Source: Octopus vulgaris (Eukaryota). Taken from it: 64,000 nt of DNA. Below the pieces are notes generated by a model that made no database searches, was not told the origin of the DNA, and saw nothing but the letters and a program-made list of their open reading frames with translations. The position numbers and the translations under genes were made by a program. The stretch lies in the NCBI GenBank assembly GCA_951406725.2, contig OX597817.1, forward strand, positions 136,152,001-136,216,000, written 5' to 3'. Of the stretch, positions 1 through 14,400 are shown piece after piece (the first letter of the stretch is position 1; each line of letters begins with the position of its first letter).

Positions 1-89
1 GGTGTGACAAATGTACAGATATGTGTGCGGAGATGTACCTTTGCATATATAAAGATATACATATATATATATATATTTTATATCTTTTT

Positions 90-470
90 CTTGTTTCAGT
101 CATTAGACTGTGGCCATGCTGGAGCACCGCCTAGAAGTCTTTTAATCAAATGAACCACTTACTGTACTTACTTTCATTTTAAGCCTCTTGCTTATTCTAT
201 CAGTGTCTGTTGCTGAACTGCTAAGTTATAGGGATGTAAACACACCAACATCGGTTGTCAGGCAGAGGCAGAGGACACACACACATACACAGATATATAC
301 ATATATATATATAACAAGCTTCTTTCAATTTCTGTCTATGAAATCCACTCACAAGGCTTTGGTTGGCTTGAGGCTTTAGTAGGAGACACTTGCCCAAGGT
401 GCCACACAGAGGGACTGAACCCAGAATCATGTGGTTGGGAAGCAAGCTTCTTACCACACAGCCATGCCTG
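90..470 (-). mobile_element. tRNA-derived SINE, family A
   Basis: Minus strand starts with A-box-like TGGCTGTGTGG and B-box-like GGTTCAGTCC, then CORE-like CTTGGGCAAGTG. Homologous copies at about 3130-3510, 9165-9545(+), 25420-25770, 34475-34872, 42780-43160 and 62330-62685. Confidence 0.8.
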
Positions 471-1964
471 TACTTCTATGTCTACGTGTATCTATGTGTG
501 TGTATAAGTGAAGAACTGAACCTAATAGGAACAGTGGAATTTGAGGAGTTGAGCAGCAGAAGGGTGATAATCAAGGGAGATAAGTGAGTTGAGAATGTTT
601 GATTCGAAAAGGCAGGAGACAAAGTAACTCTGAGAAGTGAAATCGTTGCAGTTCATTTTCTCTTGTTGGTAGGGGCCTTTAAATAAGGGACAAGCTCAAT
701 ACTTTGGTTACTGTGTTCTGGAACAAGACAAGGGAAAAAAATCTCATTTTTGACTTGCTTTCAGCTAGATACAATTCCTAACACTACCACTTTAAATGTG
801 CAGGAGACATTTCATTATTGCACCAGCATTAGAGAAGTTGTCATGTTCTCAGCAAGCCCAAACAGTTCCCTCAAGCCTATACTTACTCTGCTCATTCCCT
901 GGCCAGTCTGTTGAATATTTTGGGTGCATTTTATTTTGGAATCAGTTCTAAAGAAGTTGTCTGGTCCTCAACAAAACATTAAAATGTATTTTCAACCTTA
1001 CACTATCTCCACTTATTTGCCAACACTCGAGGGTTGCTATGTACCCCGTAACATTAAAGAGTCTTCACTGCTTTCTAAGATGTGCATGTGCCCACTCAAA
1101 GTAATCTGTCTGAAACAGTGAAAGAAAGATGGGGGAATGAGAGAGGGAGAGAGAAAGAGAGAGAGAGATAATGGTTAGATGAAAGAGAGGGGGAAGGGTG
1201 ATGGTAGGAACTGAGACTTAGAGGGAATAATGGGTGGGATCAGAGATGGACATTAGTAAGAAAGGTGTGTCCAGGCCTGAGGTGAGGAGTGAGTAATGAC
1301 TGATGACTGACAGTAAGGAAAGAGCAAAAGTAAAGTGTTTTGAGTTCAGTCAGGACTATTGCAATCGCTTATACATGGACACCTTGATAGGCAGGAGATG
1401 GTGGAGTGATGAGGGTGGTGGTGAAGGGATCGTATTTAGGCGGGGTATGTGCTATCTCTTATTACATGGGTAGCATGAGTGGTGGATAGAAATGTGAGAG
1501 AGATGAGAGGGTGTCACAGATGCAGATAAGTCATGGCTCTCGGCCTTCATCCCAAACTCTAATTTTATGTTCAATTCACCATTTTTACATGAACAGTTGG
1601 GTCTTCTCTAGCATCTAATAACACCACACCAATCAGCCCCTTCTCTTCTCCTCTCCACCATAACGTTCAATAATTTGAGACCAATTTTCACCAATTCCTC
1701 CCCAAGTCTTTTCTGGTTCTTCCTCTTTCACAGGTTCCAATCACTTTGCACACACAGCACTTGTTATACAGCTGTCATGTCCAACTCACATTGTTTAATC
1801 TCACCAACACTGTCTTCTCTTTTTTATACAACATCTAATACCCTTTATTTTCAGTTTTTCTTTCAGCTCATTTATGTTCCATTGTTCAGGCACAATAACA
1901 TTAAACACATACTGAAGCATTGTCACATCATATCTTTCTAGTCTTTACAAATCCTCTACAATTC

Positions 1965-2540
1965 AGTGCCCACATCTCACTGCCATGCAGCACTACACTT
2001 CATACACAAGCATCACACAATACACCCTTTGCTCTAAAGGAGATTCTTTAGTTGTCAGCAGAAGTAGCAGTTCCTAGAACTTTTTCAACCCATTCCTACT
2101 CTGGCCACTATGTTCCCAGAACACTCTTCTCCACTGCTAAATAGGTCACCTAGATAATGAAATTACTTCTATGGAGCCCTTTGGACATTTCATTGAATCT
2201 GTTTCTATTGAGCTATCAGTGCTTATTGCCCTTTGTGGTATCCACTGCATATGAAGTTATCCCACAGCACCTCTTGGTCTGTTCTAGTTACTCTTTTATC
2301 TAAATATCAAGCTTAGTCATTTTCCACATGGCACAAGAATCTTGTATGTTCTCTTATTTATTAATACTTTAGAGATTGCTTCATTCACTCTAAGGCTACA
2401 TCATGCTAGGTTATGCTTCCAAGTTTGGAATTTCTGCTCTAAATTTACCACAGATTCGGCTATAAGAATAAAATTATCAATATATAAGTTCCCACAGCAT
2501 TCTGGGCCTTAAACTTCTCTGTTATAACTTAGACGACTAT
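1965..2540 (-). pseudogene. Degraded RTE-type LINE RT C-terminal fragment
   Basis: Visibly homologous to the better preserved copies at 11590-12607 and 52530-54060 (YLGD and LHGSE-type segments). Confidence 0.6.
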
Positions 2541-3129
2541 GATGATGAAGATGAAGATGGTGATGAAGATGATGATGAAGATGTGATTGAAAAGAATAAT
2601 TATCCTCAGAATTGTTTATCCACTTATCACCCAACTCTCCATTTCTACTTCCCTCAATACCCTGATCACTCACCCCTTCATCCTCCTCATTTAACTCCCT
2701 TATCTTTTCTAGCTCTTCCTTACTTCACCCCCCCCCATTCAGCTACCTATATCTTCCCTCCACTACTGCTCTCTTTCCTCTTCACTCACTCTGCCTTTAA
2801 ATTTCCTTGCATTATGATTTGTAATGCTAGATTTTTATCTCTCCACCCTGAAGACGGTAGCTGGATCTACCCAACATTTACATGCTTCCATCACTCATTG
2901 CATATTTTTGTGAAATACATCCGCCAACATTATGAAGTAAGTCTGAGCCCCCAGAAACAGCTGTCGGACTTGTAACACCATACCTTCTTTTTCTGTGTTT
3001 TTGTACTTTGTATAAGTTTGCTCTGTTAATATATAAATATCGAAATATTCAATCTTGGATATTCATCGTCAGAAAACTTTCAGTGTTTGCTTTCTCTCTA
3101 TTTACATTTTTATTTATTTATTTATTTAT

Positions 3130-3510
3130 TTGTTTCAGTCATTTGACTGCAGCCATGTTGGAGCACCACCTTTAGTCGAGCAAATTGACCCCAGGACTTA
3201 TTCTTTGTAAGCCTAATACTTATTCTATCGGTCTCTTTTGCCAAACCACTAAGTGACAGGAATGTAAACACACCATCATCAGTTGTCAAGTGATGTTGGG
3301 TGGGGACAAACATATACACACATATACACATACATTTATATATATATGACGGGCATCTTTCAGTTTCTGTCTACTATATCCACTCACAAGGCTTTGGTTG
3401 GCCTGAGGCTATAGTAGAAGATACTTGACCAAGGTTCTACACAGTGGGACTGAACCTGGAACCATGTGGTTGGTAAGCAAGCTACTTATCACACAGCCAC
3501 TCCTGTGCCT
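3130..3510 (-). mobile_element. tRNA-derived SINE, family A
   Basis: Near full-length match to the 90-470 and 62330-62685 copies. Confidence 0.8.
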
Positions 3511-3924
3511 ACATGTATATATATTTTGTATATGAAACCCAAGCAGTTCTATTTGGTTATCTGTATCATTATCTCCATATCTGCTCACCTAGATTCCTCT
3601 TAGAGCCCCTTGTTACTCTTGCAGACTTGGTCTTCGGTAAACGTTTCAGAGCTTAAGTCCAAATCATTTCAGCACTATTGTTTTCTATATTGAGCATCTC
3701 TAGATCTCATCTCTTGACTCTGTCTGTCTCTCTTTATGTATATATATATCACAGACAAGAAACAGACAGGAAACAACAGGAATTCAGTTAAGTAACAACA
3801 AATATAGAGGATATCTTTTAATAAAATGACTTGACTAACGAGCTGTTTAGGCTGGTATTATTGGAACACAACCCAGAACCACCACAGTATCTGCCCAGAT
3901 GATGTATCCCTCAAAACTCACATT

Positions 3925-4420
3925 CATCATCATCATCATCATCGTTTAACATCCGTTTTCGATGCTGGCATGGGTTGGAAGCCAGGAGGCTGCACCAGGC
4001 CCCAATCTGATCTGGCAGTGTTTCTACAGCTGGGTGCCCTTCCTAACACCAACCACTCAAAGAGTGTAGTGAGTGCTTTTTATGTGCCACCGGCACAGGG
4101 GCCAGAGGAACTAGCATCAACCATGTTTGGATGGTGCTTTTTACGTGCCACCGGCACAGAAGCCAGCCAAAGCGGCACTGGCATCAGCCACGTTCAGATG
4201 GTGCTTTTTACGTGCTACTGATACGGGGCTCACAACTACGATTTCCATTTGATTTGATTTTGATATTGCTGTTGATGTTGACGTTGATGTACTTGACTCA
4301 ATAGGTCTCCTCAAGCATGGCATGTCGGCCTATGATCCAAGGTACTTTTGAGTGGGCAGGTTATGCAACACTGGTGTATGTCACAGCTGTGGACTCACTT
4401 TATTTGCCAGGTCTTCAGAT
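3925..4420 (-). mobile_element. SINE-like element, family C, (GAT)n tail
   Basis: On + it reads (CAT)n-CGTTTAACRTCCG...CATGGGTTGG...CCCTTCCTAA. Copies at about 6430, 10965, 15975(+), 17625, 31698, 50490, 60137 and 61180. Confidence 0.7.
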
Positions 4421-4434
4421 ATATATAAATATCT

Positions 4435-4810
4435 GAGAAGACACCTAGCAAAGAAACAAGCAAGGGACAGCAATCAATGAACACTGGCTAACTTCCCCAT
4501 CTGTGATACACATTTATGCCAACGAGTAAATGTTGTGTATAGAATACAATGTAACAAATGCAACAAGTTCTATATGGGTAGCACAACAAGACCGTTACAC
4601 ATTTGCATCAAAGAGCATTTGAACACGAGAGCCTCCTCCTTCAGAAAACATCCAGACAGATGCTGGAACACCGACAAAAGCATAACAGTCATAATTGGAG
4701 CCAATGAAAGAAATTTGGGTAATCTAAGAATTAAGGAAGCTATCCTCATAGACAGACTAGGGCCCCAAATTAACAACAGGCTGGAGGTTGGCAATCAGTA
4801 TATTATTTAG
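4435..4810 (+). pseudogene. Penelope-like element GIY-YIG endonuclease remnant
   Basis: Translation VVYRIQCNKCNKFYMGSTTRPLHICIKEH...LRIKEAILI...PQIN matches the PLE GIY-YIG pattern (VY-CxxC-YxG-T-R-L-EH...E-I-N). Confidence 0.8.
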
Positions 4811-5091
4811 CTACATCTGGACACGTGTAAGTTCATTTTTGATAATATGCTCATGTAGTATATATAAAAAAACAAAAAAACAAGAAAACTGAACGTATAA
4901 TACATAACTTAGAAGCAGTGCTACGGATTTGCCAGCACGCACGAGCTTGAGACATGGCTGCCCTCACGCACTTCTCATGAGGAATTCCAGAAGGAGGTTT
5001 GTAAGACCAGTGCAGAGACACTTCCAGAGAAAAAAAAAATTCAGTAACCGTTAGAAAACCGATTATAGCAGTGACTCGAAATATTTCTAGC

Positions 5092-5139
5092 GATATCTGA
5101 AGAAAGAATTTTTGTATTCCGAAATATTATTATTATATC
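5092..5139 (+). ncRNA. Minimal type I hammerhead ribozyme in PLE terminal repeat (possibly decayed)
   Basis: GAUAU-CUGAAGA-aaGAAUuuuuguAUUCc-GAAA-uauuauua-UU-AUAUC. Helix I GAUAU/AUAUC. Lies about 290 bp downstream of the GIY-YIG remnant. Confidence 0.6.
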
Positions 5140-5276
5140 AGACTGTGGATAATAAAATTATAACAGTTATTGTAGTCCACTCTGCATTGTTGTGCCATTC
5201 AAGACACATTATATTTTATTTATATATGTACATCATCATCATCATCGTTTAACGTCCGCTTTCCATGCTAGCACGG

Positions 5277-5328
<52 letters not shown>

Positions 5329-5331
5329 GTA

Positions 5332-5376
<45 letters not shown>

Positions 5377-5999
5377 TCATCATTATTTTAATGTCTTTTT
5401 TTTCCATGAATGCATGGGTTGATTAAATTGTTGAGACAGATTTATATATACGTGTGTGAGTGTGTATGTGTATGTGTGAGAATGTGTGTGTGTGCATGCG
5501 TGTGTATGTGTATGTACGTGCATGCATGTATGTATGTGCATGTGTGTGTGTATGTGCATGTGTCTGTGTGTGTGTGCATAGGCAGAGATGGTTGGCTGGT
5601 TAAGAGGTTTGCTTCCCAACCACATGGTTTTGGGTTCAATCTCTCTGCATGTTGCCTTGAGCAAATGTCTTCTACTTCTCAGACTCGATGGAATCTCAAA
5701 GAAGCCTGTCATATGTGTGTGTGTGTGTAGGGGGAGGTTGGGTGGTGGTGGGTCATGCCTCCTTGTCTTGACACAACATCATTGTTGTAAATGAGTGTTG
5801 CCATCATACAAGTGGTGTTGTTCCAATCTTCTGTAAAAACATGTCTGGCCATGGGGTGGGGGGTGGGGGTGGATATTACCTTGCTTGGAAATAGGTAAGC
5901 GTTGAGGGACAGAAAGAGCATCCAGCAGTAAAAATTCTACTTCAAAGTGTTCTGTCTGAACTATGCAAGCAGAGAAAAGTGGTTGTCAAAACAACAACA

Positions 6000-6440
6000 G
6001 TGATGGTGATGATGATGATGATGATGAAGATGAAGGTGAAAATGATGAAGATGATGATGGTGATGAACATGATGACGGTGATAAAGAAGATGATGATGAT
6101 GATGGTGATGATGATGATGATGATGTTGGTGATGAAGATGATTACAATGGTGATGAAGATGATGATGAAGATGCTGATGATGAAGATGATGATGGAGATG
6201 CTGATGATGATGATGGTGAAGATGATGATGGTGATGAAGACGATGATGATGATGGTGATGAAGATGACGAAGAAGATGATGATGAAGATGATGATGGTGA
6301 TGAAGATCATGATGGAGACGACGATGATGTTGAAGATGATGATGGTGATGAAGATGATGAGGATGATGATGAAGTTGATGATGATCATCATCTCCAACAT
6401 TCACATCATCATCATCACCACCATCACCATCACCATCCTC
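6000..6440. repeat. Imperfect (GAT)n expansion followed by (CAT/CAC)n
   Basis: Seen directly. It lies between two oppositely oriented SINE tails and produces the poly-D, poly-M, poly-H and poly-I ORFs. Confidence 0.9.
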
Positions 6441-7848
6441 ATTTAATGCCCGTTTTCCATGCTGGCATGGATCAGACAGTTTGGCTAGAGCTGGCAAGGC
6501 TGGAGAGTTGCACCAGGTTTCAGTCGTTTGTCTTGGTTTGGCTTCTAAAGCTGGACGGCCCTTCTTAATGCCAACCACTTTACAGAGTGTACAGGGTGCT
6601 TTTAATGTAGCGCTGGCACAGCTCCTTTCTACATGGCATGGCACAGGTGCTTTCCAATGTAGCACTGGCCACAAGTGCTTTTTATGTGGCACCACACTGA
6701 CTGGGAGATGAGGATGAGAAATACGCAAATAGACAAAAAAAAAACAGAGAGAGAGACTGAGTCAGAAGCACAATCAAAGTAACTGAAACTCAAATTCAGA
6801 CCCAAATCTCTTTGTCTGCAAATGAAAAGCCTCAACCCGTATGCCACACTGACCTCTTCCAACACTGAGACGCAATTAATTTCTGCCTCTCCTCTCTTCA
6901 ATGCCACACTGCAATAACAATAATCCTTCGTTTGCAAAGCATGGCTGCAATTTCCAGTGTGTGTGCCGAGATCTCGGCTCCGTCCATATCACTCACCACT
7001 ATCACAATTGATTGCTATTTCACTGTCATTGATAACAAATAAGTGCATTTATCTCGGGTAGCAACAGTTTCTATATTCGTACTTACACACTTTGTCCAAT
7101 TTCTTGGTGTGTCAGAGTATATTCCGACTGTTTATATACATATATACATACATAATGTATGTGTGAGCGTATATATATATATATACACATATATATATAT
7201 ACACTCATACTTGTGAGAGAGACAGACAGACAGATGTATATGTATGTACGCACATATAAGCTGAGATTTAGTTATAATTTGTGTGTGGAAATGTATATAC
7301 TTATACAGACTCATATAAGCAAAAGCACATATATGTGCACACAGTAATGTATATATATGTGTGCATGTGTATGTGTATGCTTGTGCAGATACATACATAC
7401 ATAGACACACATACATATATAGTTACATGTACATATACACATAGATACCTATATGAGTATATATATATATATTTATGTGTAAGGTAGTGTATAAACTGAC
7501 ACACTCGCACATACATACGACTATGTAAATCTATATATAATTCCAGAGTGTGTCTGTTTATAAATAAGATTAGTATGTGTGAGAGTGAGTATGTCTGTAT
7601 CGGTGCATGTATCTGTGTGTGTGTGTGTGTGTGCGTGCGTGCGTGCATGTGTGTGTGTGTGTGTTTGTGTGTGGTTGCTAAAATATTTAGAAGTATTTAT
7701 TCTTAGACTGTAGTCCATTGATCTGTTCCAAGCAATAGGTCATCTATTTTGGACACTCACCTTTTGAATTGAATTAGGGACGCAGGCAGCCTTCCACTGA
7801 GATATACATTTATATGTCTTCAAATATCACTTCTGAATTTATGTATGT

Positions 7849-7883
<35 letters not shown>

Positions 7884-8155
7884 ATATATTGTATACATAA
7901 ATACATATATACATATATTATATACATATGTGCCTACATATACATAAATATATATATAGGAGAAAACGAGAAAGACAAACACACACATGCACACACATTT
8001 GTTTATTTATATATAAACATATATCATCATCATCATTTCCTGTCCACTTTTCATGCTGTCATAGGTTGAACACACACAAATATAGACACATACTTATATA
8101 GACAATATGTATGCATATAACCAAATACAAACACATCTGTCTGTCTATCTATCTA

Positions 8156-8197
<42 letters not shown>

Positions 8198-8694
8198 TTA
8201 ATGTGTGCATGTGTGTATGTATATATATATATACATACACACACACAGATTTACATAAATACATATATAGTATACATATACATACGTACATATATCATCA
8301 TCATCATTTAGCATTCGCTTTCCATGCTGGCATGGGTCGGACAGTCAGTCTATCAATATAATATGCATATATCTTTTTCATTTATCATTCTCTTTTACCA
8401 GTTCAGTCACTGGAGTTTGGCCAGACTGGAGCACTGCCAGGAGGGAATTAGCCAAACAGCGATATTCTAGAACTTCCTTTTAAAGATGGTACTTATTCTA
8501 TGAATTTCAATGGCCAGGCTTCTAAGCTACAGGGATGTAAACAAACTATCATTGGTTGTCAGGTGATGAGAGGGACAAACACAAAAACACACATATTTAT
8601 TCATATACACAGGCTTCCTTGCAGTTTCCCTCAACTAAATTCACCCATAAGACATTGGTCAGCTCAGAGCTATTGTAGAATGCACTTGTCCAAA

Positions 8695-9092
8695 GGCGGC
8701 GAGCTGGTAGAATCGTTAGCACGCTGGGTGAAATGCTTAGCACTATTTCGCCTGTCTTTATGTTCTGAGTTCAAATTCCGCTGAGGTCGACTTCGCCTTT
8801 CATCCTTTCGGGGTTGATAAATTAAGTACCAGTTACGCACTGGGGTCGATATAATCGACTTAATCCGTTTGTCTGTCCTTGTTTGTTCCCCCTGTGTTTA
8901 GCCCCTTGTGGGTAGTAAAGAAATAGGTATTTTGTCTGTCTTTATGTTCTGAGTTCAAATTCCATTGAGGTCGACTTTACCTTTCATCCTTTTGGGGTCG
9001 ATAAATTAAGTACCAGTTGTATACTGAGGTTGATCTAATCAATTAGCCCCCTCCCAAAAATTTTCGGGCCTTGTGCCTAGAGTAGAAAAGAA
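8695..9092 (+). mobile_element. tRNA-derived SINE, family B (Nin-domain-like), internally duplicated
   Basis: GGCGAGCTGG...GAGTTCAAATTCC head, then GCCTTTCATCCTTTCGGGGTYGATAAATTAAGTACC. Copies at about 21305(-), 30558(-), 37335, 38265, 39465-40170 and 57952-58505. Confidence 0.75.
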
Positions 9093-9164
9093 TGCATTAT
9101 CCAAGGTGTCCCACAATGGCACTGAATGCAAATCTATGAGATTGCAAAACACTTTCCACGGGCA

Positions 9165-9545
9165 CAAGAGTGAGCTGTATGCTAAGTAGCTTGCTTCCCA
9201 ACCACATGGTTCTAGGATCAGTCCCACTGTGTGGCACCTTGGACAAATGCCTTCTGCTATAGCCTTGGGCCGACCAAAGCCTTGTGAGTGGATTTGGTAG
9301 ATGGAAACTGAAAGAAGCCCAACATACACACATATATATATATATGCTTGTGTGTGCGTCTGTGCTTGTCCCTCCACCATCGCTTGACAAGCAATGTTGG
9401 TCTTTTTACATCGCCATAACTTAGTAGTTCGGTGAAAGAGACCAATAGAATAAGTGCCAAGCTTACAAAGAATAAGTCCTGGGGTTGATTTGTTCATCTA
9501 TAGGTGGTGCTCCAGCATGGCCACAGTCAAATGACTGAAACAAGT
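9165..9545 (+). mobile_element. tRNA-derived SINE, family A
   Basis: Reverse-complement match to the 3130-3510 copy. Confidence 0.8.
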
Positions 9546-9634
9546 ATAAGAATAAAAGAATATATAGAGAGAGATAAAATGATGATGATCATCATCACCT
9601 AACATTCCTTAATCTATGAGAGCATCAAGGTAAG

Positions 9635-9656
9635 TATATATATGTATATATGTGTG

Positions 9657-9709
<53 letters not shown>

Positions 9710-9904
9710 ATATACATATATACACACACACATACATATGTATATATATATACACATACATATATATAAATATATATATACATATATACACATATATATA
9801 TGTATATATATATATACATATATACACAAACATATATATGTGTATATATATATATACACACACATACACATATGTATATATGTATATATATGTATATATA
9901 TATA

Positions 9905-9935
<31 letters not shown>

Positions 9936-10076
9936 CATATATACACAAACATATATATGTGTATATATATATATATATACACACATACACATATATGTAT
10001 ATATGTATATATATGTATATATATATATATATATACATATAATATATATATATATATACATATATACACAAACATA

Positions 10077-10126
<50 letters not shown>

Positions 10127-10185
10127 ACATACATATATATATATATGTATATATACACACACACATAAGCACATACATATGTATA
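9635..10185. repeat. Compound (TA)n/(CA)n microsatellite
   Basis: Seen directly. Similar large tracts at about 19245-19446, 23590-23880 and 32690-33480. Confidence 0.95.
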
Positions 10186-10353
10186 TAGACATTGCTACAA
10201 GTGCACACACAAAAATGTCCGTGTGTTTATGAGCAAATGTGGTCATGTGAGTGTGAGAGCATGCATGCATGTATGTGTATGTGTGCATATATATGTGTGT
10301 GTGCATTCATACTTTGTTGTGCATGTGCATGCGTACTTATATATGCGCACGTA

Positions 10354-10384
<31 letters not shown>

Positions 10385-10860
10385 TGGAGGAGGAGGAGGA
10401 GATTTTGGCTGTTGAAATGTTGTTAATTAGAAGTTGGAGGGAAAAACAACTGTTTAATAGAGGGAGGGGGGAGGGGGAGCGGCAGCAGTTGAATGTATTT
10501 CTGTTTCCTTGTTAGCTTCATCTAATGTCAAATCCAATATCTTCGGGCATTTATACATCAGCATCAACAACAACAACATCATCATCACTACAATAAACAT
10601 CCTCACCACCACCACCACCAACACTATCACTACAATCAATATTACCACCACCCTCACCACCACCACCAATGTACCGCCACCACCACTGTCATCATCACTG
10701 ATACAATATACCGTGGAACACATGAGTGACTTTGTTCTACATTAAAATATACATACATATAGATATGTACATATACATATATAGATATATGTATATACTT
10801 ATATATATATGAATATATATATGTGTGTGTGTGTGTATGTATGTACTTAAATATGTATGA

Positions 10861-10910
<50 letters not shown>

Positions 10911-10913
10911 ATA

Positions 10914-10959
<46 letters not shown>

Positions 10960-10964
10960 TGAAT

Positions 10965-11590
10965 CATCATCATCGTTTAACGTCCACTTTCCATGCTAGC
11001 ATGGGTTGGACGATTTGACTAAGGACTGGCGAACCAGATGGCTGCACCAGGTTCCAATCTTGATCTGGCAGAGTTTCTACAGCTGGATGCCCTTCCTAAT
11101 GCCAACCACTCCGGGAGCCAGTCAGGTGGTACTGGCGATGACCACACTTGAATCTTTTTACACATGCTACTGGCACAGGTGACAGTAAGGCAATGTTGGT
11201 AATGATCATGCTCGAATGGTGCCCTTTTAAGTGTCGTCCGGCACGGGAGCCAGTCAGGCGGTACTGGCAATGACCACACTCAAATCTTTTTACACATGCT
11301 ACGGGCACATGTGCCAGTAAGGCGACGTTGGTAACGATCACGCTTGAATGGCACCCTTTTACGTGCCACCGGCATGGGAGCCAGTTGGCTGCTCTGGCAA
11401 CGATCACGCTCAGATGGTGCTCTTGGCACCCTACTAGCACGGACACAAGTGCCAGTAAGGTGACGCTGGTTACGATCACACTCAAATAGTGCCCTTTTAT
11501 ATGCCACTGGCATGGAAGCTAGTTAGCCACTCTGTCAAACAATCACACTCGTATGGTGCTCTTTGCACCCCGCTAGCACGGATGCCAGAC
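10965..11590 (-). mobile_element. SINE-like family C copy with internal ~50-60 bp tandem subrepeats
   Basis: Repeated units of the type GGCAAYGAYCACRCTCRAATGGTGC...TGCCACYGGCA. Same organisation at 50490-50985 and 60137-60670. Confidence 0.7.
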
Positions 11591-12607
11591 ATCGATTTCA
11601 CTTGCCTCAACAGGTCTTAGCAAGCAGAGTTTAGTGACCAAAGAAGGAAAAGGTACGCATTAGCGGGCTGGTTACACTCCTGGCATAGGCCACAGGTTAT
11701 GGTCTCATTTGGCTTGCCAGGTCTTCTCAAGCACAGCATATTTCCAAAAGTCTCGGTCGCTAGTCATTTCTTTGGTAAGGCCTAATGTTCGAAGGTCGTG
11801 CTTCACCACTTCATACCAGGTCTACCTCTTCCACAGGTTCACTCAACTCCCAGGGTGTGGCACTTTTTCACACAGCTGTCCTCATCCATTCTCGCCACAT
11901 GACCATACCAACACAGTCGTCTCACTTGCACACCACATCTAATGCATCTTTTCTCCAAGGTACTTACACTCTGTCGAGTATGCACACTGACATTACACAT
12001 CCATCAGATCATACTGGTTTCATTTCTTGTGAGCTTACACATGTCCTCAGCAGTCACAGCCCATGTTTCACTGCCATGTAGCATGGCTGTTCGTACACAA
12101 GCGTCATACAGTCTACCTTTTACTTTGAGCGAGAGGCCCTTTGTCACCAGCAGAGGTAAGAGCTCTCTGAACTTTGCCCAAGCTATTCTTATTCTAGCAG
12201 CTACACTTTCAGTGCACACTCCTCGACTACTGACTTGGTCACCTAGGTAACGGAAGCTATCAACTACTTCTAGTTTTTCTCCCTGGAATGTGGCAGAAGT
12301 TGTTCTCTGCACATTTTCAGTGTTTATTGCTCCCGAGCATCTGCCACATACAAAAACTATCTTCCCAGTTAGCCTTCTTTTGATATTACTGCACCTCTTA
12401 TGTGTCCATAGCTTACACTGGGTACGTCTTAGTGTTTCTAACCTACACCTCTACTACAGATCGAGCAGGGCCATCTACCTGAAGGGATTTGTGGTTTGCC
12501 TGCCTTCCTACTTATTAGGACTTTGGTTTTAGCTAGGTTGATTCTAAGGCCCTTCAATTCTAATCCTTGTTTCCACACTTGAAACTTCTCCTCTAGTTCT
12601 GATGGTG
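11590..12607 (-). pseudogene. 5'-truncated RTE-type LINE (RT C-terminus and 3' end)
   Basis: ORF 12004-12312 reads LEVVDSFRYLGD...ARIRIAWAKFREL...LYDACVRTAMLHGSETW. Further 3' fragments at 12840-13230. Confidence 0.9.
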
Positions 12608-12739
12608 ACTCAGCATATATATTATATGATGATGGTGATTATCTATATATATACACACACACATATAAAAAAATATATATATATATGAATATATACACAC
12701 ACACACATGTATATATATGTATATGAATACACACATATA

Positions 12740-12771
<32 letters not shown>

Positions 12772-13236
12772 TAGATAGATATGAATACACACATATGTAT
12801 AAATATATGTATATGAATACATAAATATATATAAATATAATGCCAAAGGTCTTGGTCATTGCCTCCATGAGGCCTTACACTCAAAAGGAGCTCAGCCACT
12901 TTGCCTCTGTGAGGCTCAATGCTCGGAAGGTGCTTTTTATGTGCCACCAGCATCAGCCAGGATGATTTCACTCAGCTTGACGGATTTTCTCAAGCACAGC
13001 CTATTGCCAAAGGTCTCGGTCAGTAGTCATTGCCTCTGTGAGGCCCAAATTTCAAGGATGATGCTTCACCAGCCCCTACCATGTCTTCCTGGGTCTACCT
13101 CTATTACCTCTCCACAATTAGAGATCGACACTTCTTTTCATAGCTGTCCTCATCCATACGCATCACATAACCAGCACAGTTATCTCTCTTGTACACCACA
13201 TCTGATGCCTCTTATACCTAACTTTTCTATAAATTT

Positions 13237-13267
<31 letters not shown>

Positions 13268-13689
13268 TAGATATTTATATGTATGTGTACAGGTATGTAT
13301 GAATATATACAGAGTTTATCACTATAATCCGATGACATACAGATGTGTCTTCATGGTGACCTCAATCTGTCATTTGTCATTCCAGCTACTGAAAGTCCTA
13401 TGGCAACGGAAGTGTAGGAACGAGAGTCAGGCCTAACCAGTTGGAAGTGCACAGCTACAAATATGCAAATAGGGGGCTTGAGGTCTTATACTAACATTGT
13501 TGTGTCTTCTCCTGACAGGGATCAACTTCAATGGACGTTCTTGTGATGAAGCAGAGCTGCTCACCCAAATTGCCGGGAAGGTACTAGAAAAGGTGCACTA
13601 AACATTGTCAGTCACCTCATCACTGATCAGTTTCCTGCAGCTAATCGTGTTTCATTCAAGCAGGAAGATGAAAGATGTAATAAAATATT

Positions 13690-14400
13690 TGCAAAAGATT
13701 GAGCTAAACTCAATATTTACTGCTGGAACGTTCAAACCCTATTGGACCAAACTTCATTGAATCATCTTAAACAAAGAACAGCACCTGTGATAAAGAACTT
13801 CAAAAATTTCACATTGATATTGCAGTTTTATCTGAAACATGTGTCTCCAAGAAAGATCAGCTTAGTGAAGTATTATTAGGCCATACACTCTTCTGGGTTG
13901 GCAAATCAAAAAGCGAATCATGATGTGGTGTCAGTTTTGCAATCAAAACAACTTTGGTAAACCGTTTGGCGGATCCTTTTAGTGTAATTGGTGGCATAAT
14001 GACACTTTGCTTTACTCTTTCATGTGAGCAATATGTGTCAATCTTCTCAGTTTATGCTCCACATCTCCAAACCAATGAAGAAACTATCATGACTTTCAAT
14101 GAAAATCTTCATACTGCTATTACATCCACACTGGTTGATGGAGAACTGATAATTCTTCAATGCAGAAGTTAGTAAAGACTATGAGACATGGGATGCACTT
14201 GGCTGCTACGGCATTGGTAAAGGGAACGGTTTGAAGTGACCTGAACTTTGATCAGAACTCATCTGCAACATATTCTTTCATCAATAACTCAAGTACAAGG
14301 TCACATGGACTCATACGGTCAGGTGATTGTTTTTATCATCACTTGCGAATGTGACCTCAGCAACACATGTAATTGTATGTGTGATGTGAAGTACAGAGTG
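13690..14400 (+). pseudogene. RTE-type LINE apurinic endonuclease (APE) domain remnant
   Basis: Motifs CWNVQTLLD, IDIAVLSET, GVSFAIK and SVYAP across frameshifts. Probable 5' UTR at about 13320-13690. Confidence 0.8.

Noticed and set aside
5942-6728. Long poly-Asp, poly-His and poly-Met ORFs
   Set aside because: Translations of a (GAT)n microsatellite running into a SINE.
9609-10306. 150-230 aa YI/CV-rich ORFs (also near 23500 and 32700)
   Set aside because: Dinucleotide microsatellite artefacts.
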